DNA from: Chlorobiota bacterium
Lineage (GTDB): Bacteria > Bacteroidota > Bacteroidia > Bacteroidales > JAADJA01
Assembly: GCA_013151015.1 (NCBI GenBank)
Contig: JAADJA010000117.1
Location: 3,510 to 67,509 of the forward strand
Reading direction: 5' to 3'
Length of the DNA stretch: 64,000 nucleotides
Below the pieces are notes generated by a model, which saw only the letters and a program-made list of their open reading frames with translations, was not told the DNA's origin and did no database searches. The first letter of the stretch is position 1. Every line of letters starts with the position of its first letter. This document shows positions 51,953 through 61,326 of this stretch, piece by piece. Both the position numbers and the translations under genes were made by a program.

Positions 51953-52192
51953 TTAAGAATTTTCCTTTTTATCCTTTTTCTTCCCCCTGAACATATCAAA
52001 AACGAGGTATCCCATTGCGCCTCCCCAACCCATGCTCATGTATGGATTGGAAGTTATGGCACAGGTCCCCGAATTGCAACCTATTTGTGAATAATATAAA
52101 TACCCGCCAATAACCCCAACTACGATCCCGATTACGGTCAGGTAAGGGATTTTACCAAATAATTTGCCTTTTTTGTTCTCCTTTTCTTCCAT
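51953..52192 (-). CDS. Small membrane protein of unknown function
   Basis: 79-aa ORF with two hydrophobic segments separated by CNSGTC and charged Lys-rich termini. Confidence 0.55.
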   Translation of the reverse strand: MEEKENKKGKLFGKIPYLTVIGIVVGVIGGYLYYSQIGCNSGTCAITSNPYMSMGWGGAMGYLVFDMFRGKKKDKKENS

Positions 52193-52196
52193 AGTT

Positions 52197-52631
52197 CTAC
52201 AGTTGTGCGGTAACCGCTTTTAATAATTGCCCCTTTGGCTTTACGCCCACGAATTTTTGGACCACTTTCCCATTTTTGAAAAGCATCAGCGTCGGGATAC
52301 TTTGTATCCCCAGCATTTGTGCTGTTTTCTTGTTATGGTCGATGTCAAGTTTGCTGATGTTTGCCTTATCGCCAATTTCATCGGCCAGTTCATCGATAAT
52401 TGGCCCCTGAACCCTGCAAGGGGCACACCATTGCGCCCAAAAATCAACCAACGTGACACCGGAATTAATGGTCTGTTTGAAATTGTCATCGGTAAGTATT
52501 TTCACGTTCTCCGAAGGCGGGGCACTCATCCTTTTTCTTGTTTTCAAAAAATTATAAAAAATAAAACCAATAACCAGTACCGCTATTGCTATGGCTACCG
52601 TATTTCCAAATTCTGCCGTTTGTAATTCCAT
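52197..52631 (-). CDS. Membrane-anchored thioredoxin
   Basis: It has an N-terminal TM segment and the WAQWCAPC active site. Confidence 0.85.
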   Translation of the reverse strand: MELQTAEFGNTVAIAIAVLVIGFIFYNFLKTRKRMSAPPSENVKILTDDNFKQTINSGVTLVDFWAQWCAPCRVQGPIIDELADEIGDKANISKLDIDHNKKTAQMLGIQSIPTLMLFKNGKVVQKFVGVKPKGQLLKAVTAQL

Positions 52632-52633
52632 TT

Positions 52634-53008
52634 CTAAATATGCTTATTTATTAAACTTAAAATTCGATCTTTAGGATGAAGGCCGGTGATCTGTTCGAGC
52701 CTTTTTCCGTTTTTAAACAAAATCAGGGTTGGGATGTTCATCACTCCGTATTTTGTTGCCAACGCCCGGTTATCGTCCACGTTTACTTTCCCGATTTTCA
52801 GGTTCCCTTCAAACCCATATGCTATGTCAGACAGGATCGGTTCCAAAACCTTACATGGCTGGCACCATTCTGCCCAAAAGTCAACAAGGATAAAAGAGTT
52901 GGCCACAACCTCATCAAAATTGGGGTAATTTAAAACGATATGTGGTGTTTCATTTGCCATAAAGGCGACCGGTTTATCAAAATTAGTGCCAATGGAAGTT
53001 GTTTTCAT
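52634..53008 (-). CDS. trxA: Thioredoxin
   Basis: 124-aa ORF with the WAEWCQPCK active site. Confidence 0.8.
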   Translation of the reverse strand: MKTTSIGTNFDKPVAFMANETPHIVLNYPNFDEVVANSFILVDFWAEWCQPCKVLEPILSDIAYGFEGNLKIGKVNVDDNRALATKYGVMNIPTLILFKNGKRLEQITGLHPKDRILSLINKHI

Positions 53009-53136
53009 AAAGTTCCATGAGCGAAAACTTTAACGACATTGTATTATTGTCATCTTCAGGTTCATAGTTAGCAGTTTGCAATGGGCATTAGCAAATGATC
53101 TGTCAAATCCTTTGAAAATCAACCAATGATTAATAC

Positions 53137-55563
53137 TTAACGAAATTTCACCATGGTAATCCCATTCCCTCCCCGCTCAATATGTTCATCACCAAATGAT
53201 TTTATCTGGGAAACCGTTTTCAAATAATCATGTATCAGTTGCCGTAGGATGCCGTAGCCTTTGCCATGTAATATCTTCACTTCGGAAATGCCCAACAAAA
53301 TACAATCGTCGATATACTGCCTGATCTCCGACATAGCTTCTTCCCCCCTTTTGCCGCGCACATCAACCTGAAGTTTGAAATTGGCCATTTTGTCATTGAG
53401 CTGGTCCATTAATTGCCGTCCCCTCCTGTTCGATCTGGAAATCCCGGCCTTCCCGCCACTTTTGGTTTTCTCCAGTTTATCAACGGTTGTCCGCAACCTG
53501 ACCGAATTGAATTCCACAATCACATCTTCCCCTTTTCTTTCGATCACTTCGCCGCTCACTCCCTGATCCAGTATTTTCACCGTATCCCCTTTTGCAATAG
53601 GTCTGGCAATATGAAGGTCCAATGGTTTTGATTCCTTGGGTTTTAGTTTTGCAACAGATTTCTTTTCAGTCCGGGCTTTTATTTCCAACTCCTTTGACTT
53701 CTCCTCCAATTGCCTTCTCAGTTTCTTTGTCTTCTCTTTTTCTGCCCCTGCCTCTTTTATTTCCCTGATCGTGTTTTCGATCAATTTATTGGACGACTTC
53801 AACAAGCGGGCTGCCTCAATTCCCGCATTACTGATGATTTCGTTTTTTTTTGATCTTATATCTTTCAGCAATTTCTCATATTTGTCGATCATTTCACTTA
53901 GGAAATCATCTGCAATTTCATACTTCTGCTGCTTTTTGGCCAATTCCCTTTTTTCTGTTTCCAACTGCTGAAGATGTTCATCAAAATCCAATTGTTTTTT
54001 ACCGGTTTTGTCTTCGGCTTTTTTCAAAACCTGTTTTGGGAAACCAATATTTTTTGCAATTTCAAAAGCAAAGGAACTTCCCGGATTGCCCATTTTCAAC
54101 CGGTATAATGGTTTCATCGCTTTGGTGTCGAACATCATGGCCCCATTAATAATTCCATTGCCAGGTTTTGACATCAATTTCAAGTTGGAGTAATGTGTTG
54201 TGACTACCCCATAAGCTTTTTTCTCATTTAGTCTTTCCAACACCGATTCGGCGATTGCACCACCCAAGACGGGTTCAGTCCCGGTTCCAAATTCATCGAT
54301 CAGGAACAAGGTGTCATTATTTGCGTTCAATAAAAAATGTTTCATATTGAGCAAATGCGAACTATATGTGCTTAGGTCGTTTTCGAGCGATTGCTCATCG
54401 CCGATATCAATAAAAAGGTTTTTGAAAATCCCGGCTTTGGATCCTTCTTTAACAGGGATCAACAAACCACATTGCAACATATACTGCAACAAACCAATGG
54501 TTTTAAGGCAAACGGATTTACCTCCGGCATTGGGCCCGGAAATAACCAGGATACGTTGTTCTTCATCCAGTTTTACATACAGCGGGACAATTTCCTTGTT
54601 GAGGTTTTTATGTGTGAGAAACAATAAGGGATGGGTGGCATTTATCCAATCAAAGCCTTGTTTGTCCAACAACTTTGGGCGCATTGCATCAATTTCGATG
54701 GCGAACTTTGCTTTGGCCCGGATAAAATCAATCCTGCCGAGAAAGCGGTAAGCATCTATTAAATTGGCTATTTCGGGACGGACAAACGCAGTAAAAGCTT
54801 TAAGGATACGGATTATTTCCCTCCGTTCGGCACTTTCCAGTTCCCTGATTTGGTTATTTGTTTCAAAAATCTCGGCAGGTTCCACAAATACGGTTTGGCC
54901 CGTGGACGATTCATCATGGATAAAACCATTGATCTGGCGTTTATAGGCCACGCTCACCGGAATAACCGGTCTGCCATTCCGGATGGCCACTTCGGCATCT
55001 TTAGCGGCCCAGCCCTCTTTCTTTGCCATGCGCAGGGTCGCGTTCACCCTTCTGTCGATACCGGCCATTTTCGACCGTAAATCATTCCTTATCTGTTTTA
55101 AATCCGGTGATGCGGCATCCCTGATTTCACCCTTGTCATCAATGATATCACTTATGTATTTAACGATTTGCTTATCCACAAAAACCCCTTCGGTGAGTTT
55201 TTTCAGGTTTTCAAAGCGATCTGCTTCAGCTTGCCGGATAAACCGGATTACATCAGCAATCACACTTAATGAGGATTTCAAATCGAACAGCAATGCTTGC
55301 TCAATATAAGTCCCTTCGGTCTTAACCCTGTGGAGTTCAAAAGTCAGGTCGAAATAATCCTGGGATGGGAAACGGCTTTCTTCTTCCAGTAACTGCCTGA
55401 ATTCCTCAGTTTGATCCAAAAGGATGCGAAGTTGGCCAAAACTATTGGTGAAACGGATTTTGTCAACATAATATTCGCCCAAGGGGCTTAGGCAATTCTT
55501 TCGAATCATTTGCCTTACCCGGTCGAACCCGGTTTTCTCTTCAAAGTTTCGGGGATAAATCAC
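53137..55563 (-). CDS. mutS2: Endonuclease MutS2
   Basis: 808-aa ORF with Walker A GPNAGGKS, a coiled-coil linker and a C-terminal Smr domain (LHGKGYGILR). Confidence 0.9.
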   Translation of the reverse strand: MIYPRNFEEKTGFDRVRQMIRKNCLSPLGEYYVDKIRFTNSFGQLRILLDQTEEFRQLLEEESRFPSQDYFDLTFELHRVKTEGTYIEQALLFDLKSSLSVIADVIRFIRQAEADRFENLKKLTEGVFVDKQIVKYISDIIDDKGEIRDAASPDLKQIRNDLRSKMAGIDRRVNATLRMAKKEGWAAKDAEVAIRNGRPVIPVSVAYKRQINGFIHDESSTGQTVFVEPAEIFETNNQIRELESAERREIIRILKAFTAFVRPEIANLIDAYRFLGRIDFIRAKAKFAIEIDAMRPKLLDKQGFDWINATHPLLFLTHKNLNKEIVPLYVKLDEEQRILVISGPNAGGKSVCLKTIGLLQYMLQCGLLIPVKEGSKAGIFKNLFIDIGDEQSLENDLSTYSSHLLNMKHFLLNANNDTLFLIDEFGTGTEPVLGGAIAESVLERLNEKKAYGVVTTHYSNLKLMSKPGNGIINGAMMFDTKAMKPLYRLKMGNPGSSFAFEIAKNIGFPKQVLKKAEDKTGKKQLDFDEHLQQLETEKRELAKKQQKYEIADDFLSEMIDKYEKLLKDIRSKKNEIISNAGIEAARLLKSSNKLIENTIREIKEAGAEKEKTKKLRRQLEEKSKELEIKARTEKKSVAKLKPKESKPLDLHIARPIAKGDTVKILDQGVSGEVIERKGEDVIVEFNSVRLRTTVDKLEKTKSGGKAGISRSNRRGRQLMDQLNDKMANFKLQVDVRGKRGEEAMSEIRQYIDDCILLGISEVKILHGKGYGILRQLIHDYLKTVSQIKSFGDEHIERGGNGITMVKFR

Positions 55564-55588
55564 GGGGGCAAAGGTAGGAAAGCTTTAA

Positions 55589-56209
55589 TTAAAATATCCG
55601 GGGTTTGAAATCTTTCTGGTTCACAATAGCTGCACTGTTGCCAGTTGCCCTAATTATGAAAAAGCCTTTTTTCTCGGCCATCCGGTCGGCATGTCCATCC
55701 GCTGTAAGGAAGGCCATGGCGGCATAAATGGTTTTGTTGGCATACTCGGGCAGGTAAACCTTTGCTTTTTTCATGGTTTCCTGAAAGTCGGCCACATCAT
55801 CAGGGCGAAGGGTCGTCTTTACTTCCACAACCACTATTTCGTTACCATTATGGGCAATTATGTCAAACTCGAAATTCTCACCGTTTTTATTCCCTTTCCT
55901 GCGTTCGGACGTATCGGTGACGGAAATCCCCCATTTTCCCAATACATTTATCAGGTCGCCCTGCACAAGCGATTCAATAAGTTTTCCCCACTGTGAGGTG
56001 AAAAGTTGTTCGAGCTTGTTCAGTTTTTTGTCGGTCTCCTGGAACTTCTTGTCGGTTTCCTTAAACTGTTTATCGGTTTCTTGGAACTTCTTGTCGGTTT
56101 CCTTAAACTGTTTGTCAGTTTCCTGAAACATCAACCATACCTTTTCAAAACTCAAAGGTTCCCCATAATTTTCCAGGGGTTCTTCAACCCGCTTATTGTC
56201 TTTATCCAT
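55589..56209 (-). CDS. Heptad-repeat (ETDKxFx)5 protein with a C-terminal PD-(D/E)xK nuclease-like domain (DUF3782-like)
   Basis: 206-aa ORF. The N-terminus is QETDKQFKETDKKFQETDKQFKETDKKFQETDKKLNKLE. The C-terminus FEFDIIAHNGNEIVVVEVKTTL fits a D...(D/E)xK core. Confidence 0.6.
   Translation of the reverse strand: MDKDNKRVEEPLENYGEPLSFEKVWLMFQETDKQFKETDKKFQETDKQFKETDKKFQETDKKLNKLEQLFTSQWGKLIESLVQGDLINVLGKWGISVTDTSERRKGNKNGENFEFDIIAHNGNEIVVVEVKTTLRPDDVADFQETMKKAKVYLPEYANKTIYAAMAFLTADGHADRMAEKKGFFIIRATGNSAAIVNQKDFKPRIF
56025..56129. repeat. Five in-frame 21-bp tandem repeats (42-bp higher order) inside the 55589-56209 CDS
   Basis: Units start at 56025, 56046, 56067, 56088 and 56109. The units at 56046 and 56088 are identical. 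Confidence 0.85.
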
Positions 56210-56304
56210 TTTTGAATTGTTTAACCTTGATAAGCAAGGATTGCAAATTTACGAAATCTTTTTCACTTTTTTTTTACCTTCGCACTTCACAAACAGCGAG
56301 GCAA

Positions 56305-58815
56305 ATGCAACAAACCCTCAAGATATCCGCATTCATCCTTATCATCGTTTTAAGCATTTCCTGCAAAAGGGAATCACCAACACGTATCGGGATAAATAAG
56401 GATTGGCAGTTTACGCAGACAGGAAAAGAGAATGGTTTACCGGCTCAAGTCCCTGGTTTTGTACAAACCGATTTGTTTAAAAACCATATAATCCCCGATC
56501 CCTACTTTGGGGGAAATGAAAAGGAATTGCAATGGATAAGCCGATCGGAATGGGAATATAAAACCACCTTTGATATTGATAAGGGACTTTTGAAAAAGGA
56601 GCACCTTGAACTTGTTTTCGAAGGAATTGACACTTATGCACACATTTTCCTGAACGGCTCCCAGTTATTGCAAACAAATAATATGTTCAGAAAATGGGAG
56701 GTGGATTGCAAATCATTGTTAATTGAGGGAACGAATATACTTGAAGTACATTTTGCGCCTTCCGAAAAACTGGATTCCATACAGGCGGAAAATCAAAATA
56801 TTGCATTTCCTGACATGCGGTCATATACTCGAAAAGCCCCATACCAATCAGGTTGGGACTGGGCCCCACGGTTTGTCACCATGGGAATCTGGAAACCGGT
56901 TTATCTGCGATGCTGGAAAGATGCCCGCATAGAGAATATCCGAATAAAACAAGATTCCATTGTAAATGACACGGCCTGGATAACTACGGTTTTTGAAATT
57001 GAATCCTCAAAAATACAGGATTGCTTTTTGAGCATTATCGATGAAAGCACATCAGATTTGGTGAACAAAGCAAGGGTACGATTGGAAAAAGGCTTGAATT
57101 CCTTTTCAGTGGACTTTACGATTTCCAATCCTGAACTTTGGTGGACAAACGGCCTGGGGGAACCCCATTTGTATCAATTCGGTTTTATGGTGCAAACCAA
57201 TCGTTCCATTGATAAAAAGTATAAAAATATTGGAATCCGAACATTGGAATTGGTGCAGCAACCCGATTCCATCGGGGAAAGCTTTTATTTCAACCTAAAT
57301 GGCATGCCCGTTTTTATGAAAGGAGCCAATTATGTCCCGCAAGATAATTTCCCGGCAGGTATTTCAGTTTCAAGGTACAATCGTTTAATAAAATCTGCTG
57401 TGGATGCCAATATGAACATGCTCCGTGTTTGGGGAGGCGGGATTTACGAGGATGATTTGTTCTATGACCTTTGTGACAAAAACGGGATTTTGGTGTGGCA
57501 GGATTTTATGTTTGCCTGCAATTTATATCCGGGTGACAAGGATTTCACCAAAAACGTGAAACAAGAAACCATTGAACAAGTTAAGAGATTGCGCAACCAT
57601 CCCAGCATGGCTTTATGGTGCGGCAACAATGAAATCGACGAAGCCTGGCACAATTGGGGCTGGCAAAAGTCCCTGGGATATTCCGAAAAAGATTCCACCA
57701 AACTTTGGAACGAATATCTCAACTTATTTGAAAAACTGCTGCCCCATATCGTTGATTCCTTGACGGACGAAACCCCCTATGTGCCTTCTTCCCCTAAGAA
57801 CGGCTGGGGCAGAAAAGAGTCACTAACAGAAGGCGACATGCACTATTGGGGCGTTTGGTGGGGCGGAGAACCCTTTGAAATGTACGAAAAAAAAGTGGGG
57901 CGGTTTATGAGCGAATATGGTTTCCAGGGATTTCCCAACATGAAAACCTTGTTTTCCTGCCTTGATTCAACAGATTTAAAATTGGATTCCAAAGCCCTAT
58001 TGAACCACCAAAAACACCCAAAGGGAATGGAGCTTATCCGGGATTATATGGAACGGGAATATTTTGTCCCAATGAAATTTGAAGATTACAATTATGTCAG
58101 CCAGTTGGTTCAGGCCTATGGTATCAAAAAGGCCATTGAGGCACACCGGCGGGCCAAGCCTGATTGCATGGGCACGCTTTACTGGCAATTGAACGATAGC
58201 TGGCCGGGGATTTCCTGGTCGGGGATAGATTATTTTGGAAGATGGAAAGCCCTGCATTATTTTGTGAAAAAAGCCTATCAGGAATACCTTATCTCATTTG
58301 AGGAAACCAATGATTCAGTGCAAATTTTTATTGTTTCTGATAAATTAACAGATACCGATGCTGAACTCGAATTAAGTATTATCAGTTTTGATGGTGAAGA
58401 ATATTGGTCGGGAAAACAAACCGTGGATATTTTGTCCAATTCAAGTAAGGTTTATTTTGCCAAAGGTATAAATGGCTTTCCAAAAAACAATCATTTGTTA
58501 ATTGCCAACTTAATCTCCGATGAAAAAATCCTTGCATCAAATATTTATTATTTTGTGCCACCAAAGGAATTACAGCTTTCCCGTCCAAACATCCAAAAAG
58601 AAATCACAAAAACCAAAAGCGGGTACACCATTTCCCTGAAAACAGATAAACTGGCAAAAAACGTTTTCCTTTCGTTTGATGGAGACGGGTTTTTTTCTGA
58701 TAATTATTTCGATTTGTTGCCTGGAAAGGAAAAGGAGATTAATTTTATTACAAAAAAGAGCATTGAATATATTGAAATAAAAATAACAACATTATTTAGT
58801 AGTTTTGAAAAATGA
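56305..58815 (+). CDS. Glycoside hydrolase family 2 enzyme, beta-mannosidase-like
   Basis: I trimmed the ORF to MQQTLKISAFILIIVLSISC (lipobox). The motifs NGMPVFMKGANYVPQD, NMLRVWGGGIYE and WCGNNE are typical of GH2 beta-mannosidases as I recall them. Confidence 0.75.
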   Translation: MQQTLKISAFILIIVLSISCKRESPTRIGINKDWQFTQTGKENGLPAQVPGFVQTDLFKNHIIPDPYFGGNEKELQWISRSEWEYKTTFDIDKGLLKKEHLELVFEGIDTYAHIFLNGSQLLQTNNMFRKWEVDCKSLLIEGTNILEVHFAPSEKLDSIQAENQNIAFPDMRSYTRKAPYQSGWDWAPRFVTMGIWKPVYLRCWKDARIENIRIKQDSIVNDTAWITTVFEIESSKIQDCFLSIIDESTSDLVNKARVRLEKGLNSFSVDFTISNPELWWTNGLGEPHLYQFGFMVQTNRSIDKKYKNIGIRTLELVQQPDSIGESFYFNLNGMPVFMKGANYVPQDNFPAGISVSRYNRLIKSAVDANMNMLRVWGGGIYEDDLFYDLCDKNGILVWQDFMFACNLYPGDKDFTKNVKQETIEQVKRLRNHPSMALWCGNNEIDEAWHNWGWQKSLGYSEKDSTKLWNEYLNLFEKLLPHIVDSLTDETPYVPSSPKNGWGRKESLTEGDMHYWGVWWGGEPFEMYEKKVGRFMSEYGFQGFPNMKTLFSCLDSTDLKLDSKALLNHQKHPKGMELIRDYMEREYFVPMKFEDYNYVSQLVQAYGIKKAIEAHRRAKPDCMGTLYWQLNDSWPGISWSGIDYFGRWKALHYFVKKAYQEYLISFEETNDSVQIFIVSDKLTDTDAELELSIISFDGEEYWSGKQTVDILSNSSKVYFAKGINGFPKNNHLLIANLISDEKILASNIYYFVPPKELQLSRPNIQKEITKTKSGYTISLKTDKLAKNVFLSFDGDGFFSDNYFDLLPGKEKEINFITKKSIEYIEIKITTLFSSFEK

Positions 58816-59693
58816 AAAAACAAATTTTAGTCATCAGCCTATTCGTTTTATTAGCAAACGTTGGAATTTCACAAGATACAATTTACACAAATTCCGGCAA
58901 AACCATTCTGGCCAGAATACTTGAGGTTTCGACCCAAGAAATAAAGTATAAGAAGTTTGACAATCCTGACGGACCGATCTACAAAATAGGTGTTGTGGAT
59001 ATTAACAGAGTGGTTTATGAAAATGGTTCAGAAGATATTTTTTATGAACCTGCATCAGAAACTGAAAAAATAAGTTGGGGATATGGCAACTCTCATTTTA
59101 TTCTACAGGGAGGTGCAACATATTCCAATCTGAGAGGGGAATCGAGGAAAACAAAGCGTATTTTAGGGTTCTCTGCAGGAGGAACCTTTGAGCTACCAAT
59201 AAGTTTAAGCTGGAAAAACTATATTGACCTTACATTCCTTTTTGAACAGAAAGGCACTAAATATGAGGATTATCAATTTATGGTTGATGATAATATTTAT
59301 GAATCAATAGGAGAAACCGTTGTTATGGATTACATTGTCTTTTCGGCCTCTTATAAAAGATATATTGGCATCAAGCAGTTATTTTACATCAGGGCAGGTG
59401 CATTTATTGGTTATTTATATGAAGCCAATGGCAAAGGTGACATTAAAGTTTTAGAGACAGGACAGATAATTCCTTTTGATTTATCGATCAAGAATTATAT
59501 TACAGAATATGATATGGGTGGAACAATTGGACTGGGATTGAAACTACCGCTGAAGAATTTAAAATTCAAATCAGATTTTGTTTTTGATGCCAGATATAAT
59601 ATGGGTTTTAAAAACATAAACAAAAATAAAGAATCAGCTACGGCCTTGACTTCAGATTTTCTTGTATTAATCGGATTTCGGTTTCCGCTATAA
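58812..59693 (+). CDS. Outer-membrane beta-barrel (porin-family) protein
   Basis: 293-aa ORF with a signal peptide, alternating beta-strand pattern and a terminal aromatic-rich strand (LIGFRFPL). The start overlaps the GH2 stop (ATGA). Confidence 0.6.
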   Translation: MKKQILVISLFVLLANVGISQDTIYTNSGKTILARILEVSTQEIKYKKFDNPDGPIYKIGVVDINRVVYENGSEDIFYEPASETEKISWGYGNSHFILQGGATYSNLRGESRKTKRILGFSAGGTFELPISLSWKNYIDLTFLFEQKGTKYEDYQFMVDDNIYESIGETVVMDYIVFSASYKRYIGIKQLFYIRAGAFIGYLYEANGKGDIKVLETGQIIPFDLSIKNYITEYDMGGTIGLGLKLPLKNLKFKSDFVFDARYNMGFKNINKNKESATALTSDFLVLIGFRFPL

Positions 59694-59850
59694 CCGTATT
59701 TGGAATTCTATTTATTGAAGGATAAGGTATTTTTCCATATTGTAATTTTGATTTATTGCCGGGGGCAAAAAAAACAATCTAATTTAAGACAAAAGACGAA
59801 ACCATTTCCCTGGAAAAAAAGTTAAGAATAATAACTCTAACTGACACATA

Positions 59851-60447
59851 TTGAAACTCAAAATAATTATAGGGATAGTTTTATTATTAACTGCTACATT
59901 TTCCATTGCGCAAAAAAACAACATAAAAGGGATGCCTTTTTATCTTGGACCACCTTTTTTTTCTGACAGGTTCTTTACCAGTTTATCATTGGGATATGAG
60001 CATGGCTTTTCTGAATTTAATTCAATTGAGCTAAATGCCTTCTCAATAGCTTCTTATGGTTTCAATGGCGAAGGTTCAGAATTAATTTACGGGTTTGCCC
60101 CATCTTACAGACATTATTTGAAAACGTCAAGGGAGACACAGAAAACATGGATCAGCCCCTATTTTCTTTATCTATGGAGACATTCTTCCCGGGCAGGTTC
60201 AGACACTAAAGGGTACTTTATGGGACTTGGTGCCTCTGTTGGTGCCCGACTTTATTTTTCTTCAAAAACCAAGTGGTTCATTGATATAGGAGCGGGGATA
60301 GCTTATGGACAGTTCAAGTACATTTACAGCAGGGAAGAAATCCCGATTGAAGGCGATGATGGTGTTTATCCTATTGATTACACTATTCCCGAACCGGAAA
60401 TACGATGGATCCCAAGGCCAATTGTTCAGATAGGTTGTAAGTTTTAA
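59851..60447 (+). CDS. Hypothetical secreted / outer-membrane protein (TTG start as called in the track)
   Basis: 198-aa ORF with signal peptide KLKIIIGIVLLLTATFSIAQ and a beta-rich composition. No family was recognised. Confidence 0.45.
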   Translation: MKLKIIIGIVLLLTATFSIAQKNNIKGMPFYLGPPFFSDRFFTSLSLGYEHGFSEFNSIELNAFSIASYGFNGEGSELIYGFAPSYRHYLKTSRETQKTWISPYFLYLWRHSSRAGSDTKGYFMGLGASVGARLYFSSKTKWFIDIGAGIAYGQFKYIYSREEIPIEGDDGVYPIDYTIPEPEIRWIPRPIVQIGCKF

Positions 60448-60451
60448 AGTG

Positions 60452-61315
60452 CTATTCCACCAATTTCACCTCTTCGGCCTGGACAACTTCAAAGGTATCT
60501 TCGTTAAAAACAAAAGCCACGATATGGCATTGTTGGTCGTCCCATTCGGCATTAATGTCATAGTCGGGACATTGTACGGAATATTCCGACCCGGCAGTTA
60601 TGTCTTCATCTGTAATCACACTCCCCCATGTCCCATTGATATTTCCCCTGAGCATGTGCATATGCACATAATCTTCCCAATCGGGCGAAGGGCCAATACT
60701 TGGGTCATTGTTCATTTGCGGGGCAATAATACTGTCTTCGGTAATCATTGCGCAAACCCTGTATTTCCCCTGCAAATCAGTTAATAACTTAATGTCCACC
60801 AATGTACCAAGGACCCTGGTCACATCATCATAATTTCCAGTGATTTCTATTGTTGATACAGGTGCTTTGGCAATTTCGGCACCAACGGCAGATGGCCATT
60901 GGGTTTCACTCAAAACACGATCCTGGCCCTCGCCTATACGGTTGACCATCCCATTCGGGTTTGCGATTATCTGAAAGAAATCGAAATATTCATTTCCGGC
61001 ATCGGTCCTGAAATCGGCCGTATATAATCCCGTGGAATTGGGTTTGGCAAAAAACCCTGCATGAACCGCAACCACGACCAATTGTTCCTCATACTGCTCC
61101 TTGAGGTCGTGAGCTACAAGACCGGCCCCGGGGCAATTCACACATTTGTGCCCTGTGTAATCCTCCAATAAAACTTTCCTAACGGCTGTTCCTGTTGTAT
61201 CCCCCGGTTTATGTCCACCATCATTTCGCAAATAGGGTTCTTCAATTTTATCACAAGCTTGAAAAACGAAAGCCACTAAGGCAAAAATTGCTAAGATGTT
61301 TATTGTTTTCTTCAT
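60452..61315 (-). CDS. Omp28-related lipoprotein (thioredoxin-fold-like)
   Basis: It has the lipobox FQAC. The sequence LLEDYTGHKCVNCPGA resembles the EEFTGxxCxxCP motif of Omp28-related proteins, from memory. Confidence 0.6.
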   Translation of the reverse strand: MKKTINILAIFALVAFVFQACDKIEEPYLRNDGGHKPGDTTGTAVRKVLLEDYTGHKCVNCPGAGLVAHDLKEQYEEQLVVVAVHAGFFAKPNSTGLYTADFRTDAGNEYFDFFQIIANPNGMVNRIGEGQDRVLSETQWPSAVGAEIAKAPVSTIEITGNYDDVTRVLGTLVDIKLLTDLQGKYRVCAMITEDSIIAPQMNNDPSIGPSPDWEDYVHMHMLRGNINGTWGSVITDEDITAGSEYSVQCPDYDINAEWDDQQCHIVAFVFNEDTFEVVQAEEVKLVE

Positions 61316-61326
61316 GGTAATAATAT

